From contig OX597819.1 in NCBI GenBank assembly GCA_951406725.2, positions 57,970,001 through 58,034,000 of the forward strand: 64,000 nt of DNA, read 5' to 3'. Below the pieces are notes generated by a model. The model ran no database searches, was not told where the DNA came from, and worked only from the letters and a program-made list of their open reading frames with translations. Position 1 is the stretch's first letter; every line of letters begins with the position of its first letter. The stretch is from Octopus vulgaris (lineage: Eukaryota). Shown here piece after piece: positions 13,473 through 26,332 of this stretch. Position numbers and translations under genes: made by a program.

Positions 13473-14054
13473 CACAGTTCTATATTTAAGAGAAGAGGAA
13501 TTATGTACATTATTTACATTATTTACATTCGACAGATATTAGTCTTCATCTTGTTTGTTGTTAACACAACGTTTCGGCTGATATACGCTCCAGCCTTCTT
13601 CGGGTGTCTTGGGGAAATTTCGAACCTGGGTTCTCGTTCCTAAGGTATTTTTTGATGTTGTTATTGTTGTTGTTGTTGTTGCTATTATTGTTATTGTTCA
13701 GGTCACTGCTTGGAATCGAACTCGGAATCTTGCTAGGACACAACAACCTCCTAAGCAGACCGAATGCAGATATGAATAGCATATGGGAACCGGTATTAAG
13801 GAAGGATAGAAAAATATTAGATTTCTAAGCCCTAAAATTCACTCCATAATTGCCCACGGTGTTATATGGTGTAGTGGTTAAGAGCGCGAGCTACTAACCT
13901 CAAGATTCCAAGTTCGATTCCAAGCAGTGACCTGAACAATAACAATAACATTAATAATAATAACAACAAAAAGAACAGATAATAATAACAACAAAAAGAA
14001 CAACAAACAAGATGAGGACAAATAACCCTCGAATGTAAATAATGTAAATAAGGT
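13473..14054. mobile_element. PLE-like family 1 insertion: inverted terminal repeat (-) plus 3' end of element (+)
   Basis: Bounded by a 13-bp TSD acaatagacctga (13460-13472 / 14055-14067); head-to-head arms; hammerhead motif at 13563-13608 (-). Confidence 0.85.
13859..13932 (+). other. tRNA-like segment (A box, anticodon-like arm, B box) embedded in the PLE-like terminal repeat; not a functional tRNA call
   Basis: tggtgtagtggttaagagcgcgagctactaacctcaagattccaagttcgattccaagcagtgacc. Confidence 0.7.
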
Positions 14055-14067
14055 ACAATAGACCTGA

Positions 14068-14420
14068 TATAATCATTTCGGACAGAGACGGGAACCTGTG
14101 TACAGTTGTGGAAATCAGTGAAAGTAAAGATCAGTGAAAAAGAGAACACCTATGCTGAACTACTGAGGAATTTGCAGTTACTCAATCCTGATTACAAGTC
14201 CAGGGATATGTAACACTCTGCCTAAATAGCAATATTGAGCAATTAGGCTTCTCAAAACCAGAAAGAAGAGAGCTGATTCGAAGATTACAGATTCAAGCTA
14301 TCACCGGAACTGTAAAAATTTGCAAAACATTCCAGCTTATCCTTTAAGTATATATGAGCATGTCTAGATATGCAACTATATATATGTGAGAATACAAAAC
14401 TGAATAATGAGATAAACACA
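14068..14420 (+). pseudogene. RLE-type LINE fragment, 3' part (continuation of 13110-13472) plus 3' UTR
   Basis: (NRP)DIIISDRDGNLCTVVEIS...KISEKENTYAELLRNLQLL; the protein resumes right after the duplicated target. Confidence 0.8.
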
Positions 14421-14518
14421 TATATTCATATACAGACAGTACAGACACCATTTGAATGTCGTATAGTTTCTCTCTCAGAGAGCACTTGCTATAAAAAGTA
14501 AAAAATGTCTTATTTGTC

Positions 14519-14752
14519 GGCGGCGAGCTCCCAATAAAGAACTGAGAACACTAAGCAACATGTTGAATGGCATTTCATTCGCTTTTACCTATTTCATTTG
14601 CTGCTTCTTTCTGAGCTCAAATTCCACCGAGGTTGACTTTGCCTTTTATCATTTCGGGGTCGTTAAATTAAGCACCAGTGAAACACTGGGGTCGATGTAA
14701 TCGACTAATTTCCTTCCATCAAATTTCACGCCTTGTGCCTTTAGTAGAAAGG

Positions 14753-14848
<96 letters not shown>
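14519..14848 (+). mobile_element. SINE family B with long (ATT)n tail
   Basis: Core gaggttgactttgcc...cggggtcg...gccttgtgcctttagtagaaagg followed by (ATT)n at 14753-14848. Confidence 0.8.
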
Positions 14849-14850
<2 letters not shown>

Positions 14851-15068
14851 GGCGGCGAGGTGGTAGAACCGTTAGCACGCTAAGCAAAATGCTTAGCGGC
14901 ATTTCTTCTATCTTAACGTTCTGAGTTCAAATTCCGCCGAGGTTGGCTTTGTCTTTCATCCTTTCGGGGTCGATGAAATAAGTAGCAGTTGAGCACTGGG
15001 GTCGATGTAATCGACTTACCCACTCTCTACGAAATTGCCGGTCTTGTGCCAAAATTTGAAAGCATTAT
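14851..15068 (+). mobile_element. SINE family B, full length, directly after the (ATT)n tail of the previous copy
   Basis: ggcggcgaggtggtagaaccgttagcacg...gagttcaaattccgccgagg...cctttcggggtcgat...gtcttgtgccaaaatttgaaa. Confidence 0.85.
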
Positions 15069-15069
15069 G

Positions 15070-16199
15070 TTTTTTGTTTTTAGTTTTTAACTCATGTTTT
15101 GTTAGAACACCAAAAATTCGCATGCGCAACGGGCTTACTATCTGCAGCCTACGGAACCATACTATTTGTTCTCTTCAATTATCAAGTACTTACTTGATAA
15201 CTCTAACCTTGCCAAATAGGCAAACTTTTAGCAAAGCTCTATTGGACACTCAATTCCCATTTTCTATATGTTACTCTCAGTATCGTCTGAAACAATCCCC
15301 ACGATCCCAGCAATAATCGGCACTAACCTTTTAAATCTTTCATTGTCTCGTATTTAAAAGAACTGTTCAAGTCTACTTTCTCACCTTCTTTCTTAACTCT
15401 TCGAGAAATCAAATGAACATCCAACATAAATTACAAAACAGATATGGTTTACTTTGTCCACCACAACTAAGTCCGATTTGTTGTATTCAAGAACCTGGTC
15501 CGACTGAATTATGAAATTCCACAAGATATTGAAAAACAACGACTCAGTCACTGCCCATGGTATCTGGTTGTACCATGTCTTACCTCTCTCTCTAACCTCC
15601 ACTTTTCACACACTTTCCAACACAGAACCTATGCTACTTCATCTTTTCACAACTTATACCGCTTTCGAGTAAGTCAAGAATATTCATTTACAAAATGGGC
15701 AATAGTCTCATCAAATTCCTTACAAATTCAGCAAAGCGTAAACCTTTGCTTCTTTCCACGACTGACGCTCCAATCTGTGGCCAAAGATTGGACTTGTGAT
15801 GCAAGAATAGTGCTCCCAGTTTCCATTTTAAGTGATCCTTTCTTTAACTAGCCCCACCTATGTTCTCCAACAACTTCAGTTGTAGCCACATGAAACTTTT
15901 TGCGTACTTCCTTATTGGGTAGTGCTTCGTCATGTCCTCTTGCACTTCTTGCTTTGTTTTTTCCATTTCCCCTTATTTCAGTATGCCATCTTCTCTTACC
16001 GTTACTAAGTTTTCTCACTTTGGGTTAGATATATCAGTAAACTTCTGTGTTCAATATGCACGTAGTATTCTACACTTATCAGTCACTTTCCACTGTTTGC
16101 CTTCTTCATGTATAGACGATCAATGTCTGCACCTAGATGATGGCCTTTATGAATGGTTCCAAAATTTTTGCTTTTCTGGTCAACTCCTTTAGCTCATAC
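15070..16199 (-). pseudogene. R4/Dong-like RLE LINE, decayed 3' portion
   Basis: ORF 15393-15602 ILWNFIIQSDQVLEYNKSDLVVVDK; flanked on the right by (ATT)/(ACT)n. Confidence 0.7.
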
Positions 16200-16222
16200 A
16201 TTATCATTATTATTGTTACTAC

Positions 16223-16258
<36 letters not shown>

Positions 16259-16305
16259 TATTATTATTACTATTATTATTATTATTATTGTTGTTGTTGT
16301 TGCTA

Positions 16306-16357
16306 AGGCGGCAAGCTAGTAGAATCTTTAGTACGCCGGGCAAAATGCTTAGCGGCA
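16306..16357 (+). mobile_element. SINE family B head fragment
   Basis: ggcggcaagctagtagaatc..tagtacgccgggcaaaatgcttagcggcat. Confidence 0.65.
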
Positions 16358-16458
16358 TATACACAGGTACACAAAAACACAAACACACACACAAACACAT
16401 ACACAGACACACAAACATATACACAGACATACATATATATATATATATATATATACAA

Positions 16459-16865
<407 letters not shown>

Positions 16866-17053
16866 ACACAAAAAACAACACAGCAACGTGAGGACGTGGA
16901 ACAAATAAAGTATTATTAGACGCTCAGGAAAGAAGGGAGGGAGAGTTTAACGTTTTGAGCGGAGCTCTTCGTCGCAAACAAAGGAGAAGGAAAGATCCCG
17001 AGAAGGGAAGACAGAGGAAAAAAAATTGCTGGCGGTGCTCACGAGGTCACATG
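16866..17053 (-). mobile_element. PLE-like terminal repeat family 2 (second copy at 61715-61888)
   Basis: Clear homology to 61715-61888; hammerhead-like fold at 16945-16979. Confidence 0.65.
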
Positions 17054-17559
17054 TACGATAGTTTCCCTGTGTGATAACATCTACATAACCTTCTCTAATT
17101 CTACCAGAATGTCATAGCGATTTCTACATTAACAACTCCTGAATGTAACCAGTTTCATCATTAGGTCTATGGTACAGGAGATGTTCAAATAATGAAAATG
17201 AGTCACGTATACTGCTATATCTAATTGAAAACATTTGTTATGGATAATCATTGCGAAAGTGCTTCATAGAAGAAAGTTTTCTGATGCATTTTTTAAATCT
17301 TTTATTCCTTTACAACGTCAATTACTGGATTTCGGTCATGATAGGACATTTCTTTTGAAGACAAAGGCCAGTATCATTTTCTCGGTTTCTACTCTCTAAA
17401 CTGTACACATTATTTAGTTGCGTCTCTTTCAAAGAGTTACCCCTCCTCAGCATGTGGCTCTAACGATGAATTTATGTTCATTCCGATAGCACGGATAAAA
17501 TCAGTTACACATGCACATGCACACACCTACACACGACAAACACCATACCCCCTCTGTAT

Positions 17560-17742
<183 letters not shown>

Positions 17743-17975
17743 GATTTATGTGCTTGAGCATTGTCTGATTAAACAAGACCCCTTTCATCAGTTTTCTAGG
17801 TGTTTGAACTTGATAGACTTTCGTAACTGTTTCAGCAAGTTTGCACAGACCGCTCCATAATACTTTCCAATGATGGTGTGGCCTTTTGATGATAGTCAGT
17901 AAACACAATGCCTTTTCCATCCCAAGAAACTTAAGCCACCACTTTCTCTGCATATGAAACGACTTTGGTATTCTT
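17743..17975 (-). pseudogene. Mariner-type transposase fragment (catalytic domain middle)
   Basis: Frameshifted KVVA.VSWDGKGIVFTDYHQKGHTIIGKYY...QLRKSIK...GVLFNQDNAQAHK. Confidence 0.8.
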
Positions 17976-20549
17976 ATATATTCTAATTTTTGTACATCCC
18001 GTTCTGCACAGAGCATCGAGCTATGAGTACATTTGTAATCTCCACCCAGTTCGGTTGCAAGTCATATCATGATTCCGATTTCATGCCAGTCTCGTACACG
18101 TTCGGCAGTCCTTGTATGTTATATATTTAACAAAGTTTGCGTATGTTTATCTTCTGGTCCCTCTTTCTTTTGTATATATATCTATCGTCCTCTCTTTGTT
18201 GCTACTATATTCCTGAATCTCTGTGGTCAATTTTCTGTTTCTTTTTCAAATCTGTTCTTTCATACCACCTTGTCTCTAGTGATCAAGCTACGTTGTAGCA
18301 GCTTTAGCGCAAAGTTTGACAAACGTAGAACTGGTGGTGATTATTCAGCCACACAATAATGGTCATCAAATATGTTTTCAGGTATGTTATTAACAGCTCT
18401 TACATTGCAATAATTACCCCTATTCAGTGAAACATCTGAGCTGAAGTTACTCGATTACATCATGGATAATGCATCTGTATCTATGAGATTTTCTGGTGCT
18501 TTTTCATCTTTCTTACTTATAGTTTCCAACAGTCAGCAACTTTCTAATTCCTTGGAAAATCAACATGTTTACTGCATTCTAGCAACTGCTACACTGTAAG
18601 CAAACAATCCAAGGGATGCAAAGCTTATGGTCTTTTTCAGGCGGTAGCAGTATGATCCATGTACAAAAGAAAACATGCTCTGCTGCGACGTTCTGTTCTT
18701 CTATACACGGAGTAACAATCAAAATAGAGAAAGTAAGGTGCCAGCGTGACATAAGTTGTGACACGGACTTTTCCAGCTATTGAGCCACACTCCTTCCAAA
18801 GGACCATTCCCTCAAGGCTTCACTTCAACTTGGACAAACGATGCACCTCTTTGCAGCAGTGGAAACAATTGGAGGAAAATGACGAATTCGTTTGAGATGC
18901 CAAATAATGTCCGGTATGAATGCACAATGGCACGCAATAGCGGTGTCTTGCACTAACCTAGTGGCCTCGGGCACTAATATAGAGCCCCTGGGCACTCACT
19001 ACAATACAAGAATTGCGGCACAATAGATCACTATTAGGAGGAGTAGCAATGGTGTAGTCAAGTAACGTTGATCTGGCACTACCGTTGACCTACAAAAAGT
19101 AGAAGCCTATAAAATTTGAGCTTGCCTCAAATCCTTAATCATTTGGACGAATTTATAATCTTCAAACTCCTCATGAACATAAAATCGGTTTCTTTGTGGA
19201 TCTGGTCACTTTCGAAAACCAGCTGTCTGGTCATTTTGGGAAATCTCCTGTCTAGTCATTTTACCAAAAGTTGTTACAAATGGAATATTTCCAACTAATA
19301 GTGATAATACCATAGTCCAATTTCTTAGAAATGCAGTGATTAAAACCGCCGACGAATTGATATCAAAAGCGTTTCTTAACTAACCTACAAGTGATTGTAC
19401 TAAAAAGTCTGTTGAGATCGAAAATTTCAATTGGATGCTGTTGTAATCACTGCTAGGAAATTCCAACGAATCTATAGATTCTCCTTCTAATAGCAATTTT
19501 ATGAAGAGCAGCCGCTGCAATTGTTGCACCTTTGTGCATTCATTCAAAATAAGTTTTCAGTTCTGATGTGTTTTTGCTTAATTTGAACATAAAAGACATG
19601 AGTATTCGATAAGGGCTAGTGGAACAACATTCACATGAAGGTCTTGTGTTTATCATCTCACACGTTTCTCATGACCATCTAAGCTATCTTTTGAAATTAT
19701 GATAAAAGTACAAATATCAAAAGGGTTTGTATCCTTATGTACTGATCCAAAATAAATTTTATGCCCAGCAGTAGATGTGCACTATTTTGAGCATAAAGTA
19801 TATCTTTGATATGAGCGCATAAATTTTTTGTGGTTGTATCTCGACTTGTTATATCTCGAGGTTTACAAGCCCGGTTTACGAAAGTGTAATACGATCATAG
19901 ACAGTAAAAGTGAGATCACTTCTGGGTCCTTTGCCGTACGGAACCTCAATGCCCGGGAATTTTCGGGTCTTCTTTTCACTATTTGATATGCAAATTGTGT
20001 TTTTTTTTCTTCAGATTGTAGGCAATTATTCTTGGTTACATCCAAATATTCAGCATTTTTATATTATAAGACAATATCAAATGCCACTGTTAACGTTCAA
20101 AGATTTGTACTTTTCTTTTGCGACGTTTGCCAAGGACTAATTCTCCGTAGAATAATTGTCTGAGAAGCTTGGATATCACCAAGACTAATAAGATTACCAG
20201 TCTAGTGCATATGGTATTTCATAAAACCTTCCATATTATAACAGTCAACTTTGTGCGACTTCTGCGTCAGGTGTAGATTGACTGAAACAAGTTAAAAAAA
20301 AACAGAAAACACGATTTATATGTATGCATGTATGTATGTATGTATGTATGTATGCATCTATGTATGTATGTATGTATGATGCATGTATGTATGTATGTAT
20401 GTATGTATACGTGCATATTTGTATGTTTTGCTTTATGTATGTATGTGTGTATGTATGCATGCATGTATGTATGTATGTATGTATGTATGTATGTATGTAT
20501 GTATGCATGCATGCATGCATGTATGTATGTATGTATGTATGTTTGTATG

Positions 20550-20585
<36 letters not shown>

Positions 20586-20641
20586 GAGAATGAAAGTCAA
20601 CAAGTGAAATCCAGGGATGCTCAGTATAGAAGACACGGCAA

Positions 20642-20852
20642 GGCGGCGAGCTGGCAGAAACGTTAGCACGCCGGGTGAAATGCTTAGTGGTATTTCGTCT
20701 GTCTTTACATTCTGAGTTCCAATTCCACCGCGGTCGATTTTGCATTTCATCCTTTCGGTATCAGTAGATGAAGTACCAGTTACGCACTGGAGTCGATCTA
20801 ATTGACTGACCCCTCTCCAAGCATTTCAGGCCTTGTGCCTAGAATAGAAAAG
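20642..20852 (+). mobile_element. SINE family B, full length
   Basis: Consensus-like copy with a probable TSD (atagaagacacg / atagaaaacacg). Confidence 0.88.
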
Positions 20853-21377
20853 AAAATAGAAAACACGTAGTACTGCTATTTATCGTGCACTAAGTCCGTA
20901 AGGTAAAGAGTGGCTATCAGAAAACTGTAGGTGAGCTGTTATGGAAGTAGTGATGCAAATAAACAGGCTGGGATTTGATATATGAAATATGCACACCTGC
21001 ATATACACATGTAAATATAAATTTAGGGATATATAGAGAGACAAACAAAAACTGAAAATATTCAGATGAATATTCAAATGGTCAGTTGCCGATCTCTCCA
21101 TCCTGACGACAGTAGTCGATTTTGTGGTAGTGTTTATATGCATCCACTACAAATTGCATATCATTGACGTTTTGCACATTCCATCGCACAGTTATACGCA
21201 TTACAACTATTATGTAATTCCAATCCCCCAGAAACAGCAGCCGAACTTGAAATACCATGCCTTCTTCCCTTTGATTTCTGCATGTTTTGTAACCCATGTG
21301 AATTTATTCTGTAATTATATAAATATCTTTATGCTTAAACAGAGAATGTTCATCATTTGAACATTTTCAGTTTTTGT

Positions 21378-21378
<1 letters not shown>

Positions 21379-21464
<86 letters not shown>

Positions 21465-21476
21465 CCTCTCTCTCTA

Positions 21477-21542
<66 letters not shown>

Positions 21543-21666
21543 TATGTATATTTACATGTGCATATGCATATTTAATATATCAAACTCAAGCATGTTTATC
21601 TGCATCAATCTCTCTCTCTCTCTCTCTCTCTCACTCACTGTTTATATATATATATATAATAGGTAT

Positions 21667-21750
<84 letters not shown>

Positions 21751-21800
21751 AGATAGAGAGAGAGAGAGACAGAGACAGACAGACAGACAGACAGAGATAC
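21379..21800. repeat. (CT)n, (TA)n, (GATA)n and (GACA)n compound microsatellites
   Basis: Directly visible. Confidence 0.95.
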
Positions 21801-23001
21801 GTGATGTGTCTATATAATTCTATATATATATGTATATATATACATACATATATATACGAAATACCACTTTATATATATATATGTATATCTTTGTATGTAT
21901 ATTGCGTGAAGTATAACATAATGTATACATCACGCGATGTGAGTGGCTGTATGGGATTGGATATGTTAAAGCTAACAAGCGACAATATCGATATGAAAAC
22001 ATTAGCAAGAAAGATATTTCACTATCCAAACCTCTGCATTAGCGTAAAGATCTGTTTTGGAACTGCAATTTATAGCGGAGGTAGAATTCACTTTTAATAT
22101 AAAACGAAGAGAAGTTTGTTTGTTTGCTCTGCAAATTGTTTGTATTAAAAAATATTAAAGAAATACAATTGATAGAGTTTATAATGATGAAACTGAAATA
22201 TAATTTTCCAACAAACATGGTTGTCGCATCAGTGATCAAGGGAAAAATGTATCGAGCTACTCATCAAAATTGATAGTTTAAAGTTTTAAGCGATGAAATT
22301 AAACAGAAAATATTCAGAAACCAGAAATCTTTGGCCACACATTCGACAAGAAAATATGCCTGCGTGAAGGAAAATAACTGTTACGCGAGGAAAATTGAGG
22401 AAAAATTTCCAATATGAGCATTTAATAACGAATAACCATTACTTTTCACTGAGATCTGAAAATTCAAGGAATATCTATATCATAAAAGAAACAGAAAAAT
22501 AATACTTTTTTGTTGTATCTCGAGAGGTTCATTGTTATTACAAACATACGCTCTGCTTCCATTTTCTCCTTTTGTTATTATTTGCCAATCGGTTGATCAG
22601 TTAATTAATTAACTAATCATTTGTATGATTAATCGTTCAATCAGTCAATTAATCGGCTGTCTCATAGATTTTTCGTCACCATTTGCGTCTTCATCAACAA
22701 CTTGCCTTTCCATTCCATGTCGGTTTTACGTCTGAAATACAACTTAAGCACAAAGACCACACATAATACTGATTTCTTGAATAGACGGCCATAATGACTC
22801 GGATTTATTAAGTCTTGTATTTAAGGAAAGGACTGAGTTCTGTTCATATCTTTTACTTGGCCATTGCACGCATGGAATTAATTAGCTTTATCGGGTATCT
22901 AAATCACAAAATAGCAACATGGTTTCGACGAGACGAAGCTTCCATTTTAGATCATCAAACAAACAGACAGTGGAAAACTTATAATTAATTAGGTAAAGGA
23001 T

Positions 23002-23117
23002 TTAACCCTTTAGAATTTAAACCGGTCAAACCAGGCCCACATACTTTACCTGTTCAAACTGACCGGATCCAGCCTCTCATACCTACGCTACCATTTCCTT
23101 CTAACAATAAATAATCA
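23002..23117. mobile_element. Left part of a small TTAA-type (piggyBac-like) MITE, split by the 23118-25589 insertion; right part probably about 25590-25705
   Basis: Starts TTAACCCTTTAG; the split point carries the duplicated aataaataatca; the right end is degraded. Confidence 0.45.
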
Positions 23118-23303
23118 GTTCTATAATTAAGAGATGAGGAATTATTTACATTATTTACATTATTTACATTTGACGGCTATTTGTCCTCATCTTGTTTGTT
23201 GTTAACACGTTTCAGCTGACACGCCCTCCAGCCTTCATCAGGTGTCTTGGGAAAATTTCGAACCTGAGTTCTCATTCCTATGGTATTTTTCGATGTTGTT
23301 GTT

Positions 23304-23378
<75 letters not shown>

Positions 23379-24470
23379 TTTCCTTCTTTCTTCAAATTTT
23401 CTTCCGATTCTCGCCGAGTGTTTTCCGTACACCTGGGGCAGAGAAGCTCATTGTATGCATTCCCAGATTACACGTGCAAATTCACAGGTAAAATATGTAT
23501 TTAAAAAAATTAATGAATAAATAAATTCATGAATGGATATTGCTTTCACAGCGATAATACTCTTCTCAGTACATGAGCCGTTCCAGTTAACACGATTTTT
23601 TGAAATTCCTGTAGGATGGTAAGCCTGGTATCATTTTCAAATAGGTTTCAGTACCTTTTTTTATCCTTCCTAGAGATTCTACAATCACTGGTACTGTAGT
23701 CGCCTTGAGATGCCACATTCTTTCAATTTCTATTAGCAAGTCTTTATATTTACTAATCTTGTCAAATTCTTTCGCCGCTATATTGTGATCGCAAAGAATA
23801 CTCATGTCAATTAATAAACACATCCTTTTTGTATGATCTTTTAAGATAGTATCCGGTTTATTAGCTTTTATAGTTTTGTCGGTATGTATGGGGAAGTTCC
23901 ATAGAATCGACACATTTTCTCCCTCAGTCACAGCTTCAGGATGGTGTTTATACCTTTTGTCAGTTGTTTTGATTTTATAATGCCGACATATTGTCCACTG
24001 TAAATACTGGCCGACTCTGTCATGTATTACTTTATATTCTACAGGTGCTAATACTCTACACCCTGAGATTAGGTGGTCTATTGTTTCAATCTCATCGTTA
24101 TAGAATCGGCATTTTGGGTCAGCTCCATTTTTTTATCATATTGGCTTGGTAGTTCCGGGTTAATAAGCATTGGTCTTGAGCAGCTAATATGAAACCTTCA
24201 CTCTCCGCTTTAAGCCCTGAGCTTCGTAACCATTGGTGCGTGTGTTTCTGGTCGACATCAGCTTGTTTGCTACGATCCACATACTTGCCATGCAGAGGTT
24301 TCTGGTCCCATCTGCTAGCTAATTTTTCATGCGCTTTTGTCTTTGCAATCAATTTTATTTTCTTTGCAGCAGCAGTTGGCGCATTTCCTTCAGCCTGATC
24401 AATCTGGTAGGTATCTAAGAGATCAGTAGCGAATTTTTTGCTCTCTTTCAGAATAGAGTGAAGTTTTATT
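23379..24470 (-). pseudogene. R4/Dong-like RLE LINE, 5'-truncated, inserted in (TAA)n
   Basis: ORFs 24119-24352 (KPLHGKY...EGFILAAQDQ) and 23587-23931 (ILWNFPIHTDKTIKANKPD...KISKYKDL); (ATT)n on both sides. Confidence 0.9.
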
Positions 24471-24487
24471 ATATTATTATTATTATA

Positions 24488-24551
<64 letters not shown>

Positions 24552-24572
24552 TCACTGCCTGGAATCGAACTC

Positions 24573-24635
24573 GGTGTAGTGGTTAAGAGTGCGGGTTTCT
24601 AACCCCAAGATTCCGAGTTCTATTCCAAGCAGTGA

Positions 24636-24639
<4 letters not shown>
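24573..24639 (+). other. tRNA-like segment of the family 1 terminal repeat
   Basis: ggtgtagtggttaagagtgcgggtttctaaccccaagattccgagttctattccaagcagtgacctg. Confidence 0.7.
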
Positions 24640-24707
<68 letters not shown>

Positions 24708-24750
24708 TGATGATGATGATGATGATGATGATAATAATAATAATAATAAA

Positions 24751-25306
24751 ATGCCCTGATGCAGTACCAGGCAGTGGCTCTCATGGCTTCTGATCTTGAC
24801 TGATTGCAAGTGTTATCATGTACATTGTTTTGTCTTGGTATAAAAGATGGGCTACAGCAAATATTCTGCTCAATACCACAGATTTGCTTGTCAGTTGTTT
24901 GACCTTAACCAGTTGAGCATGTCCCTTAGTGGCTGACGATATGTGCATCTCTGATCACGAGCAGAAGTAGTGGGGGAGCATCATAGCCATGTGTTGAGAG
25001 GGATTCTTTGGGGTTTGAATAATTCACCTTTGGAAACAGGGGTGTTTCGTTCAACATCCTTAAACAACCCTTATTCAAGGACCTTTTGAGCGGGATGGGC
25101 TACTCGACCAGAACAAAATTCTAACTGGACCCCACCTGCAAGGTCATGTGCTGTTTATCTTGATATGAGATCACCATATCGCGCACATATGGTTGTGATG
25201 CATGTGCCTGGTGTACCCTTATCAGACGGGTAGTCATGATGGGTATATTGGGCTTCGTATATTTTACCCCAGTGTCACTTTGATGGCATGCACTGCTCTC
25301 TCACTC
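24751..25306. mobile_element. About 556-bp non-coding insertion inside (AAT)n, unknown family
   Basis: Flanked by (AAT)n on both sides and absent from the other family 1 copies; no TE-like ORF. Confidence 0.65.
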
Positions 25307-25405
<99 letters not shown>

Positions 25406-26278
25406 AAGAAGAAGAAGAAGAAGAAGAAGAAGAATAACAACAACAACAACAACAACAACATCGAAAAATACCTTAGGAATAAGAACCCAGGTTCGAAATT
25501 TCCCCAAGACACCTGAGGAAGGCTGGAGGGTATATCAACCGAAATGTTGTGTTAACAAACAAGATGAGGACAAATATCCATCAAATGTAAATAAATAATC
25601 ACATCCTCAAGAGCTCAAAGCTACGAGATAATGCATGATTAATTCAAAACAGCGTGAATAAATTAGCATTACATTGGAAAGAGTAATCGAAGAGATAAAG
25701 CCATGAAGTAGAGACTGCATACGTTTACAGGTCATGCAGTGTATTGAGAAAACATAGACAGAGTCGAAATACGAATTTACTGTATGTTTTTAGAATCTGG
25801 TTGGCATAAGATATCTTATCATTCAGAGACACTCTCACTGTTAAAAGATAATTAACTTGAACATTTATCGAGCTGTAATTATTGAATTTATATGTACTAG
25901 ATTGCTTAAGTGATTTTCCGGATATCAATTGTTAATGTGAGAGAAATAATTATCTGTGGTATTTTTCTCTTTCTCTCTAGTCCAAATTTTTGCTTATATT
26001 ACTCACCTCATTTGATGCTCCTATTTTGAATGTATCTCTCTACTTCTCAAACTCTTTCTCATTCATCCTCTCTTTCCCTCTTTCCACACTCATACTCTCT
26101 CTGTTTTCTCTCACTTTTTCTCTTTCCTTCTCTTTTGATCTAAGTTCATAGCCATCCTTTATAGCTTCTGAAACAGTCCGTATATCGTCGTTTTATTTTG
26201 GGTCACCAAGTGCCTTTAGTGCGTTATCGTATGAAGTCGAGGTAACGAGTAGGAGATCACACTCTTTGACTTGTTTTT

Positions 26279-26332
26279 AATGGGAAGTGTAATGTGAAGT
26301 GTAATGTTAAGTGTAATGGGAAGTGTAATGGG
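26279..26332. repeat. 12-bp minisatellite aatg(g/t)(g/t)aagtgt, about 4.5 copies
   Basis: Directly visible. Confidence 0.9.

Larger units (their letters stand above)
23118..25589. mobile_element. PLE-like family 1 inverted pair with two nested insertions
   Basis: 12-bp TSD aataaataatca (23106-23117 / 25590-25601); left arm (-) 23118-24574 and right arm (+) 24573-25589; hammerhead motifs at 23204-23246 (-) and 25508-25553 (+). Confidence 0.85.

Noticed and set aside
13859-13932. Functional tRNA gene
   Set aside because: Acceptor and T stems pair poorly, the anticodon differs between copies and the segment is embedded in a repeat. It is treated as tRNA-derived, as are the SINE heads.
18660-18790. 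hAT dimerisation-domain remnant (CSAERSFS-like)
   Set aside because: Needs several frameshifts to read; too weak to call without a profile search.
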